From Candidatus Hermodarchaeota archaeon (lineage in GTDB: Archaea; Asgardarchaeota; Heimdallarchaeia; Hodarchaeales; Hodarchaeaceae), in assembly GCA_048886185.1 (NCBI GenBank), contig JBHLKY010000008.1, forward strand, positions 124,565 through 188,564: 64,000 bases of DNA. The letters run 5' to 3'. The notes beneath the pieces are model-generated. The model did not search any database. It saw only the letters and a program-made list of their open reading frames with translations, and was not told the origin of the DNA. Made by a program: the position numbers and the translations under genes. Of this stretch, positions 58,286 through 64,000 are shown piece after piece. The first letter of the stretch is position 1, and each line of letters opens with the position of its first letter.

Positions 58286-59563
58286 ATGAATGGCGGAATC
58301 AGTTTGAGTGAAACTAAAGTTTTTAATAGATATTTTGTGATGTTAGGAGCAGTAGTTGCACAACTGTGCCTAGGTTCCATTTATGCGTGGACGATCTTTC
58401 AGACTGCACTGTTTGAAAATACCCCTTATCAATGGGATAAACTACTCACCCAACTACCTTTTTCAGTTGGGTTAGCCTCCTTTGCTTTTTTCATGATTTT
58501 TGCGGGAAAATGGCAGGACAGGGTTGGCCCAACCAAAGTCGCCACTGTGGGTGGAGTTCTTCTAGGTATTGGATATATCCTAGCTGGGCTGGTCGATTTT
58601 ATAGCCACAGGTAATGAATTACTCGGTTTCTTATGGCTTGTTTTATCTTACGGAGTAATTAGTGGAGCAGGCATTGGATTTGCTTATGTCTGTCCCATTG
58701 CAGCATTAGTTAAATGGTTTCCTGATCTTAAAGGTCTAATTACTGGAATAGCTGTGGCTGGATTTGGAGCAGGAGCACTCATATTCACTCAAGTGGAAAC
58801 AGCTCTCATACCAGAGGATGGTACGGTGGGAACAGCTTTTCTACTTCTTGGATTCCTGTATCTCATTCTTGTTGTGGGATCAGCTCAGCTTCTACGCAAC
58901 CCTCCATCGGATTGGACTCCCCCCATACACTTGAAAAAGATATCTCCAAGTCCAACTCCTCAAATGGGATTAGATGTTCAACCAAGGGAAATGATTCAAA
59001 CACCTGAATTTTGGCTACTTTGGGGGATGTTTGTGCTAGCTGCTGCAGCTGGACTAATGACTATTGGAAATGTCAAATCTTTTGTTCAAATCAAAAATCC
59101 AGAAATTGATGCAGTAATGGCAGCAACCATTGCTGGTATCTTAGCAATTTTTAACGCTGCAGGACGTATAGTATGGGGTGCTATCTCAGATCGGGTTGGC
59201 CGAACTGCTACTATGATTATAATGTTTGCAACTCTTGGGTTGGCAATGTTTTTCTTTGGACTTCAACCAACTAATGCAGATATCTTAACACTAACAATAG
59301 GCGCTTCTATTATTGGATTCTGTTTTGGTGGTAACTTTGCTCTTTTCCCCTCAGCCACAGCAGACTACTTTGGAACAAAGAATATTGGTAGTAACTATGG
59401 GTTAGTCTTTACAGCATATGGGGTAGCTGGAGTTCTTGGCCCCTTTCTAGCTGGGATCATGGACTATGGGGAGGCCTTTCCACTTCTTGGTTTACTTGCC
59501 TTTCTAGCTCTAGGCCTAGCAATTATTACAGAGTTACTAGCACGAAACAAAGCAAGAATTTGA
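58286..59563 (+). CDS. MFS transporter (oxalate/formate antiporter-like)
   Basis: 12 predicted TM helices. MFS signature-like loop GRIVWGAISDRVGR. Confidence 0.7.
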   Translation: MNGGISLSETKVFNRYFVMLGAVVAQLCLGSIYAWTIFQTALFENTPYQWDKLLTQLPFSVGLASFAFFMIFAGKWQDRVGPTKVATVGGVLLGIGYILAGLVDFIATGNELLGFLWLVLSYGVISGAGIGFAYVCPIAALVKWFPDLKGLITGIAVAGFGAGALIFTQVETALIPEDGTVGTAFLLLGFLYLILVVGSAQLLRNPPSDWTPPIHLKKISPSPTPQMGLDVQPREMIQTPEFWLLWGMFVLAAAAGLMTIGNVKSFVQIKNPEIDAVMAATIAGILAIFNAAGRIVWGAISDRVGRTATMIIMFATLGLAMFFFGLQPTNADILTLTIGASIIGFCFGGNFALFPSATADYFGTKNIGSNYGLVFTAYGVAGVLGPFLAGIMDYGEAFPLLGLLAFLALGLAIITELLARNKARI

Positions 59564-59804
59564 ACAATTAAAGCGTCAGATATAACGACGTTTTACCCCT
59601 ATTTTTTTTATAAAATTAAATTGGTTACATCTAATTACTTTAGTTCGAAAATTTTCAGTAGAAAGAAGAAATTGCTTGCTATAGATTAAAAATTAGTTAC
59701 TTTTAAACGAAAGAAACTTATTAAAAAATTCTTGATCAACTCTGAATCAGATTATGGAGGCCCAATTTCCTCTGTAATGTTGTCTAAAGTTACGCAATGA
59801 TGAA

Positions 59805-61862
59805 ATGAATAATTTTTTAGGGGATACTATGTCAAAGCTAACAGAAACAGAGAAAGAAAAAGCAAAAAAATATTATCCTCAGCCTGAACTAGCAAAAAAC
59901 GCCAGAATTTTAAATATGGATGAATATTATAAAAAATGGAAATACTCCATTGATAATATGGAAGAATTTTGGGCTGAAGAAGCGAAAAAGATCGAGTGGA
60001 TTGGTCCATACGAAAAAGTTTGGAATCCCCCAACAGGAAATAAGGATGATTTCGTAGGGAAATGGTTTGTAGGTGGTCGGCTTAATGTAACCTATAATTG
60101 CCTCGATCGATGGGTAAAAAAAGGATACGGTGATGAAACTGCTTTAATTTGGATGGGAGAAGACGATACAGTCAAAAAGTATAGTTACAAATCGCTTATG
60201 GATGAAGTTAACAAGGCTGCTAATGCCCTAAAATCTTTAGGAATTAAAAAAGGCGACCGTGTCTGCATTTGGTTACCGATGATCGATTCTCTCGCAATCA
60301 TAATGTTAGCGTGTGCTCGTATTGGTGCTATCCACTCAATTGTATTTGGTGGTTTCTCCGCCGAGTCGGTTAAAGATCGAATTGATGATTCTGAATGTAA
60401 AATTCTAGTTGTAGCTGATGAAGTTCGCAGAGCTGGGAAAAATAGACCAATGAAGGACAACCTCAGGGGAGTGATCGAAACATGTGATTCAATTGAAAAA
60501 GTCGCTGTCATCAAACTTACTGGTGGTAATGTCTATGAATACCAGAAGGATGTTGATTTCTTAGCATTAATGGAAGTACAATCAACTGAATGTGAAAGTG
60601 AAGTAATGGATGCTGAAGATCCTCTTTTTATTCTATATACAAGTGGAACTACAGGTAAGCCCAAAGGTGTCGTACACACTACAGCTGGATATCTAGTTTA
60701 TGGAGTCGCTAGCAACCTTTATCCATGGGATTATTCATGCTTACTTGATCTGAAAGGGGTAACACCAGCAGAACGAGATGTATGGTACTGCACTGCAGAC
60801 ATTGGTTGGATAACAGGCCACACTCAAATCATTTATGTGCCTTTAACGGTTGGAGCTATTAGTGTTATGTATGAAGGGGTACCAACATGGCCGCATCCTG
60901 GCAGATTCTGGGAAATCTGTGAAAAGTTTGGAATCACACATTTTTACACAGCACCAACTGCAATTCGTGCTTTAATGAAATTTGGTGATAAACATGTGAC
61001 AAAATGGGATCTCTCTAAGATAAAGATGTTAGGTACTGTTGGAGAAGTCTGTAACTGGCCTGAATGGAAATGGTATTGGCAGGTTGTTGGAAAAGGTAGT
61101 AGTGGGGATAAACCTGTTGGTAGACCCATTGTAGACACTTACTGGCAAACAGAAACTGGTTCATACATGATGACAAATTTTGGCGCAATAACACCAATGA
61201 AACCTGGAAGCTGTACTTTTCCATTTTTTGGAGTTAGCCCTGTTTTATTAGATGAAGATGGTCAAAAAATCACTAAATCTAATGTTCAAGCCTATTTCGC
61301 CTACAATAAAAGTTGGCCAGGCTTAATGAGAACCGTTTGGGGAGACCATGAGCGTTTTGTTAACACATATCTTACTCAATTCCCTGGTCATTACTTTACA
61401 GGTGATTATGCAATGATTGACGATGATGGCTATTACTTTATCTTAGGCCGATCTGACGACGTTATCAAGATCTCTGGACATCGTTTAGGCTCTGCGGAGG
61501 TCGAGGCCGCTATAAATTCCCACCCCAAAGTAGCAGAGAGCGCAGTCATACCCTATCCTCATCCAATTAAAGGGTCAACTATTTTTGCATACATCACATT
61601 GATGGAGGATGTTGAACCGAGCGAAGAATTGAAGAAGGAAATTCAAACTCATGTTCGATCAGTAGCAGGTCCTGCGGTCTATCCAGAGATCGTTATGTTT
61701 TCAGATGCTGTTCCTAAGACACGCTCTGGCAAGATTATGCGTCGAATTCTTAAAGCAGTTGCTATACAGGAAAATATCGGTGATGTGATGACACTATCTA
61801 ACCCAGAGGTTGTCGAGGAGCTTATAGCTCGTAGAAAGATGATGGGAGAAATTAAATTTTAG
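59805..61862 (+). CDS. acs: Acetyl-CoA synthetase (AMP-forming). Likely start MSKLTE at 59829.
   Basis: AMP-binding motif YTSGTTGKPKGV, conserved C-terminal SGKIMRR. Confidence 0.9.
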   Translation: MNNFLGDTMSKLTETEKEKAKKYYPQPELAKNARILNMDEYYKKWKYSIDNMEEFWAEEAKKIEWIGPYEKVWNPPTGNKDDFVGKWFVGGRLNVTYNCLDRWVKKGYGDETALIWMGEDDTVKKYSYKSLMDEVNKAANALKSLGIKKGDRVCIWLPMIDSLAIIMLACARIGAIHSIVFGGFSAESVKDRIDDSECKILVVADEVRRAGKNRPMKDNLRGVIETCDSIEKVAVIKLTGGNVYEYQKDVDFLALMEVQSTECESEVMDAEDPLFILYTSGTTGKPKGVVHTTAGYLVYGVASNLYPWDYSCLLDLKGVTPAERDVWYCTADIGWITGHTQIIYVPLTVGAISVMYEGVPTWPHPGRFWEICEKFGITHFYTAPTAIRALMKFGDKHVTKWDLSKIKMLGTVGEVCNWPEWKWYWQVVGKGSSGDKPVGRPIVDTYWQTETGSYMMTNFGAITPMKPGSCTFPFFGVSPVLLDEDGQKITKSNVQAYFAYNKSWPGLMRTVWGDHERFVNTYLTQFPGHYFTGDYAMIDDDGYYFILGRSDDVIKISGHRLGSAEVEAAINSHPKVAESAVIPYPHPIKGSTIFAYITLMEDVEPSEELKKEIQTHVRSVAGPAVYPEIVMFSDAVPKTRSGKIMRRILKAVAIQENIGDVMTLSNPEVVEELIARRKMMGEIKF

Positions 61863-61879
61863 GATTAGTTACCTCTCTA

Positions 61880-61900
61880 ATCTTTTTTTCATTTTTTTCA
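61880..61900 (+). terminator. Twin oligo-T tracts, terminator candidate after acs
   Basis: tctttttttcatttttttca. Confidence 0.35.
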
Positions 61901-61955
61901 TTTAGACAAGTTTTTGATGTTATAGCGAAAAATTCATTCGAGTTTGTTGTGAAAT

Positions 61956-62252
61956 TTATTCTCTCACTTCTTTACGTAAAATTTCCATTATTTGTTGTGG
62001 TGATAAGCTAATTAGTCGAAAGACCTTTATCGAGCTAGTTTGGCCTGACTCTAATACCACTCTGGTGTGAAATTTCTTTCGAAACATTTTTAGTAGTCTT
62101 ACATTCGCTTTTCCCTTGGTGGGAGGAGCCTTAACCGTTACTATTAAATGCTCATGATTGATAATGAACTGATCTTCTTTTTGAAGAGTTTTCACATTAA
62201 CAATTACTAGTGTATCTTCGTTATCAGATTTTAGCCATGAATTCTTTAGCAT
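61956..62252 (-). CDS. DUF167 (YggU/UPF0235) family protein
   Basis: KAPPTKGKANVRLLKMF matches the GKAN motif of DUF167. Confidence 0.55.
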   Translation of the reverse strand: MLKNSWLKSDNEDTLVIVNVKTLQKEDQFIINHEHLIVTVKAPPTKGKANVRLLKMFRKKFHTRVVLESGQTSSIKVFRLISLSPQQIMEILRKEVRE

Positions 62253-64000
62253 TTCAGACCATCTTTCTTTATTTGGGTAATTTTGGAAAATGATATTCTT
62301 TGTAAAGAGAATCGCTCTTCAATAGTTGAAAGTGCCTTTTCCAACGAGAGTTGTTCTTCCATCCATATGAAATTCATGAAATATCGTGCAAGATTACTTG
62401 GCCAGAGACTTTCTTCATAAGGAATACCCAACGCAAGAGAAATCCGCCTCTGTAGCCGATGAACATATTGTCTGGAAGATTTCCTTCCTAGTTCTTTTAT
62501 GATATTAACGGGATCTTTTGGAGACCAAAGGATGTTCATTTCCCCTTGATTAACTGAAAAACCATAAATTAAACCAGTTTCCTCTTCTGTAATTACTAGT
62601 GGCTTGCCAATTAGATAACGAAAGGTTTCTGGAACCGAATGAAAATAAACCCCGATTTTAGCCTTGATTTTTTCTGAAAACGTGAATGCGGCAGCAGGAA
62701 GAACTGTATAATAGGAGGTTGCAATTTCGTGAGGAGAAATTAAGAGTCGTTCTAGGTTATTTATTGTCCACAAACTTGGAGCAAAAAAGGCATCTCCCTC
62801 TCCTATTTTCAGCTTTTTGGCAAAACTAAATCGTAATTCAGCTAAGTTTTCCTTTCCTAATCCTTCTAGATATACATCTAACAAATAAGAAGGAGGGACT
62901 GTTCGTTCAATAACCAAAGATTGACCAAAAGGAGTTTCATACATAATCCCAACAATTAATCCAAAATCCGACCCTGCCATCCCTATAACTCTCTGGCCTA
63001 TGTGTTGAGGTTCTGAAATATTCTCACCACTGGCAGGAATCCACGCAGAAATTTGAACTTTTCTTAATTCTTCTTCTTTAACAGTTGGAGCTCCTGGAGA
63101 AGAAGTATCAACTGATTCTATATCAACAAACCGAATATTCTTTAACTGGGGTTTAGCTGGGATTATTTCAAGACCAAGATCACATATCCATTGATTAAAA
63201 AATGATGGTTGTAAGGCGAATCCGTCTGGAACTTTTAATGCTCCAGCTATTTTTGTCCTAATCTCTTCAGTCGTAATTATTTTTAAGTCTAAGCCAACTT
63301 GTTTTAAAATGTCTTGGTAAGTCTCCTTTATCGTAGACACGGTCAATGATTTCTCTCTAACAATAGGCAAAAAAATCGTCTCATCTACTACAATTGGTGG
63401 ACGAAAAAAGCCTATAGGCATCTTACCAGGAGAATAAGCAATAGATCCGACTAAATCCCAAGGAGATCGCATTAATTTCTCTTGAACAGGTTCCTGAACC
63501 TCATTATAACCGTTATTCGATCCAACCGCATCGGTTTTCTTATAATCGGATAAGGATGATTGAAAAAAATTATTTTGATCCATAGGTTGAATAATTTCCT
63601 CTAGATCGAAAATAATCCTCTCATTCTTGGGTATTGGAACCATCAATGATCTCAATATCTCAAGTTCGAACTCGTCTAATCTTTGGGGCCTTTCTTTTGC
63701 CACCTCATCACCAAAATCTTCCTTTGAGTATTTAGCCCAAATAGTCTTGAAGTCTATAATAAGATCTATTACCTCTTGAGTATCAGCAGTTTGATGGAGG
63801 AGAGAAATATATTGTTCTAAATCAAAACTAGTAGCCTTTTTTAGTGACTTTAATCGTGTAACTTTGGCTTGAATGCTAAGACGAAGAATCTCTTGATTTT
63901 GGTTGAGCTTATTTTTTTGTAAAACTAAATCTGTGAGAAGAACTTTAGTTTCTTCCTTGGAAAGTTTTTTTGTTTCCCATGCTTGAATTGTATCTTTCAT
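62246..64000 (-). CDS. Large hypothetical protein (at least 584 aa). The ATG is at the window edge and the N-terminus may continue beyond.
   Basis: Long ORF with no recognisable motif. Overlaps the DUF167 gene by 7 nt. Confidence 0.45.
   Translation of the reverse strand: MKDTIQAWETKKLSKEETKVLLTDLVLQKNKLNQNQEILRLSIQAKVTRLKSLKKATSFDLEQYISLLHQTADTQEVIDLIIDFKTIWAKYSKEDFGDEVAKERPQRLDEFELEILRSLMVPIPKNERIIFDLEEIIQPMDQNNFFQSSLSDYKKTDAVGSNNGYNEVQEPVQEKLMRSPWDLVGSIAYSPGKMPIGFFRPPIVVDETIFLPIVREKSLTVSTIKETYQDILKQVGLDLKIITTEEIRTKIAGALKVPDGFALQPSFFNQWICDLGLEIIPAKPQLKNIRFVDIESVDTSSPGAPTVKEEELRKVQISAWIPASGENISEPQHIGQRVIGMAGSDFGLIVGIMYETPFGQSLVIERTVPPSYLLDVYLEGLGKENLAELRFSFAKKLKIGEGDAFFAPSLWTINNLERLLISPHEIATSYYTVLPAAAFTFSEKIKAKIGVYFHSVPETFRYLIGKPLVITEEETGLIYGFSVNQGEMNILWSPKDPVNIIKELGRKSSRQYVHRLQRRISLALGIPYEESLWPSNLARYFMNFIWMEEQLSLEKALSTIEERFSLQRISFSKITQIKKDGLKC

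Noticed and set aside
1-64000. CRISPR arrays, IS elements, integrases, prophage or defence islands
   Set aside because: No regularly spaced direct repeats and no transposase, integrase, cas, restriction-modification or toxin-antitoxin-like translations were found in any frame.

Overview
Gene-dense, AT-rich archaeal chromosomal segment (GC looks mid-30s % by eye). No mobile elements, integrases, transposases or CRISPR arrays were seen.

Most of the window is housekeeping:
- the conserved proteasome/exosome superoperon: psmA, SBDS, rrp4, rrp41, rrp42, rpl37ae, Brix, Pcc1, prefoldin-beta;
- CDC48, LonB, FtsZ, aIF5A, aEF-1beta, NAD kinase, Nob1, eL38, uL16, Pth2, Pelota, DnaG, an archaeal histone, an HDAC-like deacetylase, HypA/HypB, ArgF, CofE-like, S2P protease, PPAT, acetyl-CoA synthetase, an MFS transporter.

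RNA genes: four tRNAs carry non-canonical introns. Three tRNA-Arg genes form a cluster, one with two introns and one with a D-loop intron, and a tRNA-Gly has a T-loop intron. There is also an intron-less tRNA-Pro.

Lineage: eL38, the histone, FtsZ, Roadblock/LC7 and heavily N-glycosylated surface proteins are compatible with a TACK/Asgard-like archaeon. This is inference only.

Accessory content worth a second look:
1. A membrane-tethered dual winged-helix regulator with an extracellular domain, followed by an anchored glycoprotein partner whose signal peptide appears frameshifted.
2. A 1712-aa N-glycosylated surface protein with internal domain duplications, directly followed by a DUF4129, large-membrane-protein, MoxR, DUF58(vWA) module plus two further genes.
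3. A twin radical-SAM island flanked by a 778-bp ORF-free AT-rich stretch.
4. A MoaD/ThiS-like ubiquitin-fold protein whose GG is followed by a 6-residue tail, in the same window as an Ncs6/NcsA-type tRNA thiolase.
5. A Vps4-like (meiotic-clade) AAA ATPase with a non-MIT N-domain.
6. A Roadblock/LC7 gene paired with a Cys-rich non-GTPase partner.
7. A GC-richer, palindrome-laden block in a 600-bp intergenic region that may be an ncRNA.

All calls are from reading the sequence and translations. No database searches were run.
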